Assembly: GCA_003135135.1 (NCBI GenBank)
Contig: PLDK01000003.1
Span: 1,492 to 65,491, forward strand
Reading direction: 5' to 3'
DNA: 64,000 bases
Origin: Deltaproteobacteria bacterium
GTDB lineage: Bacteria > Desulfobacterota > Binatia > Binatales > Binataceae
Shown here piece after piece: positions 8,977 through 19,198 of this stretch. The notes beneath the pieces were generated by a model. It saw nothing but the letters and a program-made list of their open reading frames with translations, was not told the origin of the DNA and ran no database searches. Both the position numbers and the translations under genes were made by a program. How positions within the stretch are numbered: position 1 is the stretch's first letter; each line of letters begins with the position of its first letter.

Positions 8977-10355
8977 CGCGCGGCCATTTTGATCACGTTC
9001 GATTCGGCCTTGTATCCGGCCGTTTCGAGGCGCTGTGCGTATGCTGAACGAATGCCGGTCGATTGAAAGGCGCCGTTGATTTTTCCCGTCGCGGTGGTGT
9101 CAGCGCGGACAAACTCGAACAAATCCTGCATCATGATCATCTCGCCTTCCATGCCGCTGATCTCGGAAATCCTCATGACTTTGCGCGAGCCGTCGGAGAG
9201 CCGGCTGACGTGAACGATAATGTTGACGGCAGAGGCAATCTGCTGGCGCATCGCGCGCTGCGGAATCGAGACGCCTGACAGCAGCATCATCATCTCGAGC
9301 CGGCCCAGGCATTCGCGAGGACTGTTGGCGTGGATGGTGGCGATAGAACCGTCATGGCCGGTGGACATCGCCTGCAACATGTCGAAGACTTCTGCGCCGC
9401 GGACCTCGCCGACGACGATTCTGTCCGGGCGCATGCGCAGACAGTTCTTGACCAGGTCGCGCTGCGTGACCTCGCCGCGGCCTTCAAGATTCGACGGCCG
9501 CGTCTCGAGCCGCACGACGTGGGGCTGCTGCAAGGAAAGCTCGGCAGAATCCTCGATCGTAACGATTCGCTCGTCCTCGGGAACGAACGCGGACAGACAA
9601 TTGAGCATCGTGGTTTTGCCCGAGCCGGTACCGCCGCAAACGATTACGTTGAGGCGCGCTCGAACAACCGCGAGCAGAAACTCGACCAGGTCCCAGGTGA
9701 GAGCGTCTTTTTCGACCAGCGCGCCGATGTCGAAGCGATGCTTGCCGAAACGCCGGATCGATAGCGCCGGCCCGTCGAGCGCCAGCGGCGGGATGATCGC
9801 GTTGATACGCGAGCCGTCAGGCAACCGCGCATCAACCATCGGCGACGATTCGTCGACGCGCCGTCCGACGCGAGACACGATCCGATCGATGATCAGCATC
9901 AGATGCTGGTCGTCCTGGAAGACGACGTCGGTGGCGTGCAGCTTGCCGCGCTTTTCGACGTAAACCTGGTCGTGGCCGTTGACGAGAATGTCGGTGATTT
10001 CGTCGTCACGGAGCAAGGGCTCGAGGGGACCCAGGCCGAGCAACTCGTTCTTAAGTTCCTCGATGAGCCGGCCGCGGTCGATGTCGGTCAGGAGGCGGCC
10101 ATCTTCATTAAGAATGTCATTGATAGCGTCGGTGACCTTGACGGAGACCATCGCGGGCTCGAGGGTCTCGAGCTTGGACACGTCGATAGTCTCGAACAAT
10201 TTGTTGTGAACTTTGACCTTCAAGCGGCGCGAGCTATCCGCGATCGCATCCTTGCGCCGGCGCACGGTCGCGCCGATAAGCGAGCCGCCGCCGGTAGTGG
10301 CCTCTGGCGGTCGTCCGCCCCTGGTGGCATTCGACAGCCTGTCTGTCAGTCCCAT
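8973..10355 (-). CDS. cpaF: CpaF/TadA secretion ATPase (VirB11/PilB superfamily)
   Basis: Walker [10 protein letters not shown], Asp box, and His box HANSPRE. The ORF extends to 10442, but the start with GAGG RBS at 10355 avoids overlap with cpaE. Confidence 0.9.
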   Translation of the reverse strand: MGLTDRLSNATRGGRPPEATTGGGSLIGATVRRRKDAIADSSRRLKVKVHNKLFETIDVSKLETLEPAMVSVKVTDAINDILNEDGRLLTDIDRGRLIEELKNELLGLGPLEPLLRDDEITDILVNGHDQVYVEKRGKLHATDVVFQDDQHLMLIIDRIVSRVGRRVDESSPMVDARLPDGSRINAIIPPLALDGPALSIRRFGKHRFDIGALVEKDALTWDLVEFLLAVVRARLNVIVCGGTGSGKTTMLNCLSAFVPEDERIVTIEDSAELSLQQPHVVRLETRPSNLEGRGEVTQRDLVKNCLRMRPDRIVVGEVRGAEVFDMLQAMSTGHDGSIATIHANSPRECLGRLEMMMLLSGVSIPQRAMRQQIASAVNIIVHVSRLSDGSRKVMRISEISGMEGEMIMMQDLFEFVRADTTATGKINGAFQSTGIRSAYAQRLETAGYKAESNVIKMAAR

Positions 10356-10374
10356 CTTGCATACCTCATCGACT

Positions 10375-11553
10375 TCAATGCGTGACGAAGGCGGATTTGA
10401 GCCGCGACATAAATGATTCCTGAAGTGGGGCCAGTTCCGCACGCGGCATTACCAGCGCCGCGAGATCGAGCATCGCGCGCGCGACCGGAGACGACGGCGC
10501 GAGCTGGAACAGGTCCTGCGCCTTCATCTCGATAGATTCGAAGGTACGATCGTCGGTTGGAATCTTGGCGTAGATGGGCCTGGCGAGCGTTGCTTCGATC
10601 GCCTTCTCGGTCAACGGATGCGACGGATTATAGCGATTGAGAATGAAGCGCGGCTCGAGCGTAGTCAGGTCCAGGCGCTCGAACAGATCGATGAATCGCC
10701 ATGCGGATCGCGCCGCCGCGATCGTCTGATTGAGCACATAAAACAGATGCTCCGAGCGCTCCCATGCCGCGACCCCGTTTTCGTCCACGTGGTCGCCGCA
10801 ATCGACGATCACGTAGTCGAACAACTGACGAATCAGATCGAGCACCGTGCCGACCGTGATGTCCGAAACTAGTTCGCCTTCTTCGATTCGCTTGGGCGCG
10901 GCCAGCAAATAGACCCCCGATTGATGCTTGGTCAAGGCGGTTTCGAGCTGGATCGAATCGAGCTTATGGTCCAGCCGCACCAGCGGCATGATGGTCACTT
11001 CCGGATCGAGGTTGAGAAAGACCGCCAGGCCTCCGGTCTGAAGATCGAGATCGACCAGCGCTACGCGTTGATGCAACAACGCGAGCGCCAACGCGAGGTT
11101 GCCGGCCAGCGAAGTCACACCGACGCCGCCTATCAGGCTGGTGACGGAAATGACCACCCCGCCCTCGCGGCGCTCGGTGCGCCAGCGCGCTTCGCTTATT
11201 TTCAGCAAGGCGCAGGTAGCCTCTCCCGGGTCGAGCGGCATGAAGAGAATCTCGTCGGCGCCCGCGCGCAGCGCTCGCTTCATCAGGCCGGCCGAGCGCG
11301 CGGTAAGGACGGCGAGCAGGCTTGGGCGCGGCGAATGGAGCGCCTGGCTCTGTAGAAAGCGCAGGGCAGCCTCCTCGTTGCCGTTGACAATCACCAAGGT
11401 TGCGGCGGGCGGCGCGGCGACATTTTCGGAAAGATTCGCGGCGGTGGCAGTCTCGCCCTCGATGATCTCGAGTTCAGGCTCAACCAGCGCCGCCAGCACC
11501 GACTTGAGCTGGGTGCGCTGCTCGCCGGGCTCGCCGACCAGCATGACCTTCAT
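10375..11553 (-). CDS. cpaE: CpaE/TadZ: N-terminal receiver-like domain plus ParA/MinD-like ATPase domain
   Basis: MKVMLVGE... REC-like N-terminus and a deviant Walker A region ([10 protein letters not shown]) typical of CpaE. It sits between cpaB and cpaF. Confidence 0.8.
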   Translation of the reverse strand: MKVMLVGEPGEQRTQLKSVLAALVEPELEIIEGETATAANLSENVAAPPAATLVIVNGNEEAALRFLQSQALHSPRPSLLAVLTARSAGLMKRALRAGADEILFMPLDPGEATCALLKISEARWRTERREGGVVISVTSLIGGVGVTSLAGNLALALALLHQRVALVDLDLQTGGLAVFLNLDPEVTIMPLVRLDHKLDSIQLETALTKHQSGVYLLAAPKRIEEGELVSDITVGTVLDLIRQLFDYVIVDCGDHVDENGVAAWERSEHLFYVLNQTIAAARSAWRFIDLFERLDLTTLEPRFILNRYNPSHPLTEKAIEATLARPIYAKIPTDDRTFESIEMKAQDLFQLAPSSPVARAMLDLAALVMPRAELAPLQESFMSRLKSAFVTH

Positions 11554-11677
11554 CGTGCTGCGACGACCCTCACTCTTTGATCCGTTTAATGGCACTCGAT
11601 GTTTTTCCTAAGTATGCGGGGTCTGGCAGCGGGGAATGTTCGTGCGTAGGTTCCTGCGCATCCTCATGGCTTTCCCC

Positions 11678-12694
11678 TTATTGCCACCTGCGATCACTGG
11701 CAAAGCCCGCGGACGAGGCAGGCTTTGCGGCCGAGACCGGAGATTCCGGTGCGCCGGTCAATCCCGGAGCCGCGGGTAACTGCGGCGGCGAAATGGCAGG
11801 CGCATCCTGCTGCGCTTGAACGGAAGAACGCGCTCCCGCGGAGGAATTAGCAAAGGTAATCTCCTCGGACGATTTGCCATTGCGCATCACTTCCACTTCG
11901 ATAGGAAGCTGCGTAGGTCCATGCGCTGGGCGCGCGGCGAGCGCCGGCGCCATCTGCGGTTGCATCACGGGCAACGTCGATGGGCCCCGATGCAAAAGGT
12001 CATCGACTGCGATTCCCCTGGTCGCGACAATCTTGCTGTCGCTGTAGTTGCGCATCGCCAAACGCAGCATTCCCTCGTGACTGGCCAGGGTAAGTTTTTC
12101 GGCGTCGTCCGGAGTCACCAGCAACGTCACGACCTTTACTACTTGCGGCTCGTCCTTGACGTGTTCGATTTCCTGGGCGACCGCCAGAACCTCGATATTC
12201 TGGAGAACGATCCGCGAGAAAGACGGCTCGCCCGGGCCAGTGCCCGAGACCGCGACCAGGATGTCCACGCGCATGTGTGGCTGCACAAAGCCTGCGATGT
12301 CCGCGACTTCGTCCACCGGCACCGACATCGCACGCATTCCGGCTGGAATCAGCAGCGGCATCACGCCGGAGCTCTCTGCGCCCATGAACAGCTTGCTCGC
12401 GACAACCGGCTCATTGGCGAGGAACTGACTCTTTGCGAACGAGCCCGCGACCGCCTGCGGATCCGTGAACGCGCCCTGCGGAACGCCGTCGCGTGCCCAG
12501 CGAACCAGTTTGACCTCGTCGGGCTCGAGTTTCGCGCCAAGCGGGATATCCTTTGCCGCGACTACGACCTCGACCGTGTGCGCCATCGCGCGCTGCACTT
12601 CGGACTCACGGGTTCTGATCGCGGAAAAGACCACAATCGCGGCCAGCACCGCGCCCATTCCTGCAAGGATTATGAAAACTATAGGTCGTCTCAT
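11678..12694 (-). CDS. cpaB: Flp pilus assembly protein CpaB/RcpC (SAF-domain periplasmic protein) with a Pro/Ala-rich C-terminal tail
   Basis: N-terminal TM segment and the CpaB-like core (DIPLGAKL..., VRW...P). It immediately follows the flp pilin gene. Confidence 0.8.
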   Translation of the reverse strand: MRRPIVFIILAGMGAVLAAIVVFSAIRTRESEVQRAMAHTVEVVVAAKDIPLGAKLEPDEVKLVRWARDGVPQGAFTDPQAVAGSFAKSQFLANEPVVASKLFMGAESSGVMPLLIPAGMRAMSVPVDEVADIAGFVQPHMRVDILVAVSGTGPGEPSFSRIVLQNIEVLAVAQEIEHVKDEPQVVKVVTLLVTPDDAEKLTLASHEGMLRLAMRNYSDSKIVATRGIAVDDLLHRGPSTLPVMQPQMAPALAARPAHGPTQLPIEVEVMRNGKSSEEITFANSSAGARSSVQAQQDAPAISPPQLPAAPGLTGAPESPVSAAKPASSAGFASDRRWQ

Positions 12695-12946
12695 CTATGC
12701 CCCCGTTCTTGCGCGACCCGCCGATGCGGACCGCCCGCACAAGCACAATTCGATCGCTCACGCTCCCATTGCGAGCTGCGCCGAACCGGGCGAAGCCGGA
12801 GCTGCCTGAAGTCACTGTTTCTCTCGCATCGACGCGTCACTTCGTCTGCAAAAAAAGCGCTGAGTTTGCGCGGCGGGGCGCTCGGGGTCCCCGCCGCCGG
12901 TGTCCCGCGCGCCTGGTTTCGACCGTGCGGGCTTTGGGGGCTGTTC

Positions 12947-13126
12947 TTACGCAGCCTTCAGCGTCGTGGTCACGTTAGTGATGATCGTGTTGATTCCCCC
13001 TTCGAGGCCTTCATACGCGATGTAGCCAGCTACCGCGATCGCCGCGATAATCAGCACGTACTCAGTCATCGTCTGTCCGGTTTTGCTCTCGCGGACCCTG
13101 ACGATGAGTTTGTTGATGTAGTTCAT
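12947..13126 (-). CDS. flp: Flp/Fap family pilin (59 aa): MNYINKLIVRVRESKTGQTMTEYVLIIAAIAVAGYIAYEGLEGGINTIITNVTTTLKAA
   Basis: Found by manual translation; the ORF track misses it (below 60 aa). GGAGGA RBS 8 nt upstream. It carries the canonical Flp processing and hydrophobic motif G/QTMTEYVLIIAAIAV and is the first gene of the tad operon. Confidence 0.85.
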   Translation of the reverse strand: MNYINKLIVRVRESKTGQTMTEYVLIIAAIAVAGYIAYEGLEGGINTIITNVTTTLKAA

Positions 13127-13201
13127 TATTGATGTCCTCCTTTGCGCGTTGCGTCAGCGCAATCGATTTGTTTCATGCTCAGCACCTTGTACGAGGTTCA
13201 G

Positions 13202-13219
13202 GTGCACCACTCATGCCAG
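13202..13219 (-). promoter_or_regulatory. Candidate sigma-54 (-24/-12) promoter TGGCATG-N4-GTGCA upstream of flp
   Basis: The minus-strand sequence CTGGCATGAGTGGTGCAC has the GG and GC dinucleotides at the correct spacing, about 75-90 nt upstream of the flp ATG. Two sigma-54 activators are encoded in the window. Confidence 0.45.
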
Positions 13220-13391
13220 CGGTAGTTCCGAGAGAGAGTTGACGTAGCCGCCCAAAGAAGACTGCGGGGGCGAATCTGAGACCGCCGGTGTCGCACCGCG
13301 ACACATCAGATGATTCGGTCGCCGACGCGACAGTCCATTGCCTCTTCTTGACGGGTAGGCAATCGGCTGCCGCCTTTGCCATAATCAACTC

Positions 13392-14330
13392 ATGCCTCGC
13401 TACTCCCGCACTTCTATCCTGCGCTCCGCCTTCCCGCGGATTGCCGGCCAAGCGGCCGTCGCGATCGCGCTGGTAGCCGTGGTCTCAGGGTGCGCCCCGT
13501 CGGCGCTCACCGTGGCGCGTAGCCAAATAGCGGCCGGCAATTATCCGGCAGCGCGTCAAGAACTGGCCGCTCTCTCAGCTCACGGCAGCGATTTGAGTGC
13601 GAGCCAGCGGCGCGAGGTGAAGGACGACGTCTGTCTCTGTGACTTCATGATCGGCCGCCCCGCGTTCACACTGGCCGAGCAGCGCGGCGTCTGCGCCGAC
13701 GCGGCCAAAGAACCGGGCAGCCAGAGCAGTTCGATCATCGCGCGAATCGACGAGGCGGCGCGGCGCAAAGACGCCGACGAAGTCGAAGCGGCGCTGTCCG
13801 ACCACGATCTGGCAGACGCCGAGCGCGCTGCAACCGACTATCAGACTTTGCCGGCCGCCGATGCCGCAACAGTTGCGCGATGGTCGAAGCAGATCTGGAC
13901 GTTGGCGGACGCGCAGGTGTTCGCCGATTCCACCGCGAAGAAAGGCTCGCTCGACGCCGCTATCTCCGAGGTACGCAAGAACTATCGCGACGTCGAGAAC
14001 ATGGATAAGGGCCAATTCACCCGATGGGTCGTCAAGACTGCGACCGTCTCCGGCACCCCTGTCGCCGCCAGCGTCGAGATGAAGGACTCAACCCTGAAAC
14101 TTTCCGTCGACGATGCGAACTTGCAACTCGCCGCGCTCAGTCTCGACAAACTCGCTGCGATAAACGACGCGATGGCGGCGCGATGCGGTTGCGACGCGCG
14201 CACCAACGTCGCCGTCACTGAAACCGGCTTCCCTGCCTACTTCATCAGGCTGGATCCCGAGACCCGAATGTCCGAAGTAATGATCCTGCCGCGCCGCGAT
14301 CGCGCAATCGTATCCGCCACCTCGAACTAG
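13392..14330 (+). CDS. Hypothetical lipoprotein (lipobox VSG-C)
   Basis: Signal peptide followed by a Cys lipobox. No family recognised. Confidence 0.5.
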   Translation: MPRYSRTSILRSAFPRIAGQAAVAIALVAVVSGCAPSALTVARSQIAAGNYPAARQELAALSAHGSDLSASQRREVKDDVCLCDFMIGRPAFTLAEQRGVCADAAKEPGSQSSSIIARIDEAARRKDADEVEAALSDHDLADAERAATDYQTLPAADAATVARWSKQIWTLADAQVFADSTAKKGSLDAAISEVRKNYRDVENMDKGQFTRWVVKTATVSGTPVAASVEMKDSTLKLSVDDANLQLAALSLDKLAAINDAMAARCGCDARTNVAVTETGFPAYFIRLDPETRMSEVMILPRRDRAIVSATSN

Positions 14331-14359
14331 GCCTCCGCTGCGTCAAGTAAGGAGGCATC

Positions 14360-16003
14360 ATGCCGGCATCAACGAAAACCAATCCTCTGACCGAGCGCCC
14401 TGCGTGGAAAGCATTGCAGGCGCATTACAAGCAGATCCACGACCGTCACCTGAGAACTCTGTTCGCCGAAGATCCCAAACGCGGTGAACGGCTCGTCGTC
14501 GAGGCCGCCGGCCTGTACTTCGACTATTCCAAGCATCGCGTGACCGACGAGACTGTTCGCTTGCTGCTCGCATTGGCCGACGAGGTGGGGCTGCGCGGGC
14601 GCATCGACGCCATGTTCCGCGGCGACAAAATTAACCTGAGCGAAAAGCGCGCCGTCCTGCACGTCGCGCTGCGGGCGCCGCGCGGCGAGTCAATCGGCGT
14701 CGATGGCGACGACGTGGTGCCCAAGGTCCACGCGGTACTCGATCGCATGGCGGATTTTTCGGCGCGCATCCGCGACGGCTCGTGGAAAGGTCACACCGGC
14801 AAGCCCGTCCGCAACATCATTAATATAGGCATCGGCGGTTCCGACCTCGGCCCGGTCATGGCGTATGAGGCGATGCGCCATTACAGCGACCGTAACCTGA
14901 CCGTGCGCTTCGTCTCCAACGTCGATGGAACCGATTTTGCCGAAGCGACGCGCGACCTCGACCCGGCCGAGACACTGTTCATCATTTCGTCGAAGACTTT
15001 CACCACGCTCGAGACGATGACCAACGCGCACACCGCGCGGAGCTGGAGTCTGGCCGCGCTTGGCGACGACAAGGCGGTGGCGAAGCATTTCGTCGCGGTC
15101 TCGACCAACGCCGCCGAAGTGGCGAAGTTCGGCATCGACACGAAAAATATGTTCGGCTTCTGGGATTGGGTCGGCGGCCGCTACTCGATGGACTCCGCGA
15201 TCGGCCTGTCCACGATGGTGGCCGTCGGCGCCGACAATTTCCGCGCGATGCTGTCGGGCTTTCACTCGATCGACGAGCATTTTCGCACCGCGCCGTTCGC
15301 CCGCAACCTGCCGGTTCTGATGGGCCTGCTCGGAGTCTGGTACAACGATTTCTTCGGCGCGCAAACCGTCGCGGTGCTGCCGTACGAGCAATACTTGAAG
15401 CGCTTTCCCGCCTATCTGCAGCAGCTGACGATGGAATCGAACGGCAAGCACGTCACGCTCGAAGGCGCGCCGGTCGATTATCAGACGGGACCGATTTACT
15501 GGGGCGAGCCCGGCACCAACGGCCAGCATTCGTTCTACCAGCTCATCCACCAGGGGACGAAACTGATCCCGTGCGACTTCATCGGTTTCTGCCGGCCGCT
15601 GAATCCGCTCGGACGCCATCACGATCTGCTGCTCTCGAACGTATTCGCGCAGGCCGAGGCGCTCGCATTCGGGAAAACGCCCGAGCAGGTCAAGGCCGAA
15701 GGCACGCCGGATTGGCTGGTGCCGCATCGCGTGTTCGAGGGCAATCGTCCCTCGACCGTGATTCTCGCCGACCAACTGACTCCCCAAACGCTCGGCAAGC
15801 TGGTAGCGCTGTACGAGCATAGCGTCTTCACCCAGGGCGCAATCTGGAACATAGACTCATTCGATCAATGGGGGGTTGAACTGGGCAAAGTTCTGGCGCA
15901 AAAAATCATCCCGGAGCTGGAATCCGCCGCGGAGCCGCCGCTCGCCCACGACAGCTCGACCAACGCGTTGATTCGCCGCTACCGCGCGCGGCGCAGGAGC
16001 TAA
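14360..16003 (+). CDS. pgi: Glucose-6-phosphate isomerase
   Basis: 547 aa with conserved PGI regions ([20 protein letters not shown]). Confidence 0.95.
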   Translation: MPASTKTNPLTERPAWKALQAHYKQIHDRHLRTLFAEDPKRGERLVVEAAGLYFDYSKHRVTDETVRLLLALADEVGLRGRIDAMFRGDKINLSEKRAVLHVALRAPRGESIGVDGDDVVPKVHAVLDRMADFSARIRDGSWKGHTGKPVRNIINIGIGGSDLGPVMAYEAMRHYSDRNLTVRFVSNVDGTDFAEATRDLDPAETLFIISSKTFTTLETMTNAHTARSWSLAALGDDKAVAKHFVAVSTNAAEVAKFGIDTKNMFGFWDWVGGRYSMDSAIGLSTMVAVGADNFRAMLSGFHSIDEHFRTAPFARNLPVLMGLLGVWYNDFFGAQTVAVLPYEQYLKRFPAYLQQLTMESNGKHVTLEGAPVDYQTGPIYWGEPGTNGQHSFYQLIHQGTKLIPCDFIGFCRPLNPLGRHHDLLLSNVFAQAEALAFGKTPEQVKAEGTPDWLVPHRVFEGNRPSTVILADQLTPQTLGKLVALYEHSVFTQGAIWNIDSFDQWGVELGKVLAQKIIPELESAAEPPLAHDSSTNALIRRYRARRRS

Positions 16004-16082
16004 TGACGACGGCGTCCGCCGCGATTGCCGCGGCTCGGCGCTAGTTGCCCGGGGTCGTGAGGGGAACATCGGGGTACAACCA

Positions 16083-16514
16083 ATGAATATCAATATCCCG
16101 CCCGTCGACGAAAAACCTTCTGACAGCGATGTCCATTTTCTCGAAGATCGTATCACTGAGTACAACCTCGAGCGGACTCGTATCAAAGACGGCAAAATCC
16201 TCTCTTACCTGGTGCGCGAGGAAGACGGAACGATCATTGCCGGCCTCTATGGTTGGACCTGGGGTGGATGCTGCGAAATTCGCTATCTTTGGGTACGGTG
16301 GGACTATCGCAATCGCGGATATGGCAAAGGTCTGATGGCGGCGGCGCAGACCGAGGCGATTGCGCGCGGATGCCGCCAGATGATCCTGGACACTCACAGC
16401 TTCCAGGCGCCGCGCTTTTACCAGGGTCTCGGGTTTGAGATCATCGCCACTCACGGCGACTATCCGCGTGGCCATCAGAAGCACTACCTGAGAAAAGCTC
16501 TTTTGGAATCTTAA
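16083..16514 (+). CDS. GNAT family N-acetyltransferase
   Basis: Acetyl-CoA-binding motif RNRGYGKGLM. Confidence 0.8.
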   Translation: MNINIPPVDEKPSDSDVHFLEDRITEYNLERTRIKDGKILSYLVREEDGTIIAGLYGWTWGGCCEIRYLWVRWDYRNRGYGKGLMAAAQTEAIARGCRQMILDTHSFQAPRFYQGLGFEIIATHGDYPRGHQKHYLRKALLES

Positions 16515-16705
16515 TCACCTCGATTCAGCGAGGTCGGCGACAGGAAATCCGGAGCGGGCGGCCAGCGACCGGTCGTCAAAGGCGTCGGGGTTCAAGTCCG
16601 CCCTCACGCATGGCATCCACCGGCGCGCCTGACGTATGATCACCGCGCAGCTGGCGGTCGTTGCGATCGATGCACCGGCCGCAGCCGCATTTTGGAGGAA
16701 GCTAG

Positions 16706-17104
16706 ATGACACAGCTGGTCGAGGTCCTGATGACACGGAAAGTAGTCACAGTAAACCCGGCCGATACGCTCGCTGCCGCAGCATCCAAAATGAAGGCGGG
16801 ACCATTTCGCCGGCTGCCGGTCGTCGAGGCAGACCAGCTCGTAGGAATCGTCAGCGAATTTGACTTAGTACGCTACGCGGACGCGCTCGACTCGACGCTC
16901 GTCGAAACCGCGATGACGCGTCAGCCGATCACCGTGATGCGCTCGGACACGCTGGACCGTGCGGCCGCCCTGATGCGCGAGCACAAAATCGGCGCGCTTC
17001 CCGTTATGCACGGGGCCAAGCTCGTCGGTATCGTTGCGGCAAAAGACCTCATGATGCCCGAGCCGCGGCCGCTGCCAGAGTGGGATCCGCGCAACCGCCG
17101 GTAG
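16706..17104 (+). CDS. CBS-domain pair protein
   Basis: Two CBS motifs (VMTRKVVTV..., HKIGALPVM...). Confidence 0.8.
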   Translation: MTQLVEVLMTRKVVTVNPADTLAAAASKMKAGPFRRLPVVEADQLVGIVSEFDLVRYADALDSTLVETAMTRQPITVMRSDTLDRAAALMREHKIGALPVMHGAKLVGIVAAKDLMMPEPRPLPEWDPRNRR

Positions 17105-17279
17105 AGCTAGTCTCGATATCGATTGCCGCGATCGGCGTGTCATTTTCGTGCCGCCGCTGACATCCGATTGCCACCGGCCGCCTGCTTAGTTTGCCTGCAA
17201 CAAGCCCATTCATTCACACCGCCCGGCATGAATCTTGAAATGTGCGCTGCCAGGGCAGTGAACTGAGAAGGGGCAATCT

Positions 17280-18746
17280 GTGGGCGAAGACAAGCTTGGG
17301 AAACGGAACCTCACAGACCGATTACTTTGGATTGGCCTTGCCGCGGCTATCGTTGCTGCGGTGGCAATCGCCTGGTATGCCGATAAAGACGCGCACGAGT
17401 CCTACGCCTGGAACAACTGGGTAGCTCACACGCAAAGTGTTCTCGACGCCCTGGACGACGCGCAAGAGAATTCACTCGCGGCGCTCTCCTCAATTCAAAA
17501 CTACTACCAGAGCGGCGATCTGAAGAGCCTGGACAGCGTCAGCAATTCTATCTCCAAGCTCAAGCGCCAGTCCGTAGTACTCCGCTCCCTGACGCAGGAT
17601 AACGCGTCCCAGCAGAAGCGACTTGAGCAATTCGATCGGATTGAGCGGCGAATGACAGCGCTCTCTGAGAACATTATTCGTTCGGCTCCGGCCTTTAGCC
17701 AGCCACAGTCCATCAGGGCGCCGGAGGCTGCAGGGCTGAGTACCGCCGTTTATCAACTGTTTGAGCAATTGTACCAAATGTCCGCGGCGGAACGGCGGCT
17801 GCTGACAGAACGCACGGCAAGGGCCCGCGCGACGTCGCGCCAGAGCACGACTGCGTTGGAGATCGGCGGCAGTATCGTCTTCCTATGGCTGCTAATAGTC
17901 GGCGGCTACGCCTTCCTGACCACGAGGCGGCTGACTGACATTGCAAGAGCTCTCGCGGTCAGCGAGGTAGCTCGCGTCACCGAGCGCAAGCGTGTCGCGG
18001 ACGATTTGCGGGCACTGAGCGAATCCGAGCGGCGATATGCCACGCAGCTCGAGGTCGTCAACAAGGAGCTGGAGGCGTTCTCGTATTCGGTGTCGCACGA
18101 TCTTCGCGCGCCGCTGCGCAGTATAGACGGCTTCAGCTCGGCGCTGATGGAGGATTACGCCGACAAACTCGACGAGCAGGCCAACAGCCACCTAAGGCGG
18201 ATCCGGGCGGCTGCTCAGCGCATGGCTCAACTGATCGACGACCTGCTGAAGCTGGCGTTCGTAACGCGCAGCGAGATGCGCACAGAAGCGGTGGACCTGA
18301 GCGCGTTGGCCAACGTCATCCTGGCCGAGTGCCAGACCGGCGAGCCGCTGCGGCAGGTCGAATGTGTGGTTCAGGACCGGATCATGGGGCAAGGAGATCC
18401 GCATCTGCTGCGTTTAGTGCTTGAAAATCTGCTCGGCAACGCATGGAAGTTCACCGGCAAGAAGCAGCAGGCAAAGATTGAATTCGCAGTGGCGGATCAG
18501 GACGGACAGGCGGTTTATTTCGTCCGCGACAATGGGGTCGGCTTCGACATGACCTATGCCGAAAAACTATTCGGCGCATTCCAGCGGCTTCATGCCGCAG
18601 CCGATTTCCCCGGGGTCGGCGTGGGACTCGCGACGGTTCAGCGGATCATTCGACGCCACGGCGGCCGGGTTTCGGCGCAAGCAGCGGAAGGCCAGGGCGC
18701 GACGTTTTCGTTTACTCTCGAAGTCAACCATGGGGGGCAACAATGA
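17280..18746 (+). CDS. Sensor histidine kinase with a periplasmic CHASE3-like domain
   Basis: TM segment, CHASE3-like sensor, the HisKA H-box SHDLRAPL, and an HATPase_c domain with N/G1/G2 boxes. Confidence 0.85.
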   Translation: MGEDKLGKRNLTDRLLWIGLAAAIVAAVAIAWYADKDAHESYAWNNWVAHTQSVLDALDDAQENSLAALSSIQNYYQSGDLKSLDSVSNSISKLKRQSVVLRSLTQDNASQQKRLEQFDRIERRMTALSENIIRSAPAFSQPQSIRAPEAAGLSTAVYQLFEQLYQMSAAERRLLTERTARARATSRQSTTALEIGGSIVFLWLLIVGGYAFLTTRRLTDIARALAVSEVARVTERKRVADDLRALSESERRYATQLEVVNKELEAFSYSVSHDLRAPLRSIDGFSSALMEDYADKLDEQANSHLRRIRAAAQRMAQLIDDLLKLAFVTRSEMRTEAVDLSALANVILAECQTGEPLRQVECVVQDRIMGQGDPHLLRLVLENLLGNAWKFTGKKQQAKIEFAVADQDGQAVYFVRDNGVGFDMTYAEKLFGAFQRLHAAADFPGVGVGLATVQRIIRRHGGRVSAQAAEGQGATFSFTLEVNHGGQQ

Positions 18747-19198
18747 AGGAACGGGTGATCCTGTTAGTGGAAGATAACGCTGACGACGAAGCGCTGACGC
18801 TGCGCGCACTCAAGAAGAACAATATCACCAACACGATCGTGGTCGCGCGCAACGGGGTCGAGGCGCTTGATTACCTCTTCGGCACGGGACAGTACGCGGG
18901 GCGCGACACCAGCGTCCAGCCGGAACTGATTCTGCTGGACCTGAAGTTGCCCAAAGTGGACGGCTTCGAGGTGTTAAGGAAGCTGCGCGCGGATGAGCGG
19001 ACGAAGCTGCTCGCCGTGGTTATTCTGACCTCCTCCAATGAGCAGCAGGACATCGTCAACGGCTACGGCCTGGGCGCTAACAGTTACGTTCGCAAGCCGG
19101 TTGACTTTCAGCACTTCATGGACGCCGTCCGGCAGCTCGGCCTGTATTGGCTGGTCCTGAACGAGAGGCCGTTTGCCGGTCTCAGGAACGGCCGGTGA
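18743..19198 (+). CDS. Single-domain response regulator (CheY-like receiver)
   Basis: LLVEDNADD...D...K receiver signature. 4-nt overlap with the kinase stop. Confidence 0.85.
   Translation: MKERVILLVEDNADDEALTLRALKKNNITNTIVVARNGVEALDYLFGTGQYAGRDTSVQPELILLDLKLPKVDGFEVLRKLRADERTKLLAVVILTSSNEQQDIVNGYGLGANSYVRKPVDFQHFMDAVRQLGLYWLVLNERPFAGLRNGR

Noticed and set aside
11816-13132. 438-aa plus-strand ORF, Arg/His-rich
   Set aside because: It lies antisense to the well-supported cpaB and flp genes. Its composition (RRRH-rich) is typical of an out-of-frame GC-rich artefact, and it has no family resemblance.
14690-15820. 376-aa minus-strand ORF
   Set aside because: It is antisense to pgi, which has unmistakable homology. 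This is a high-GC antisense open frame.
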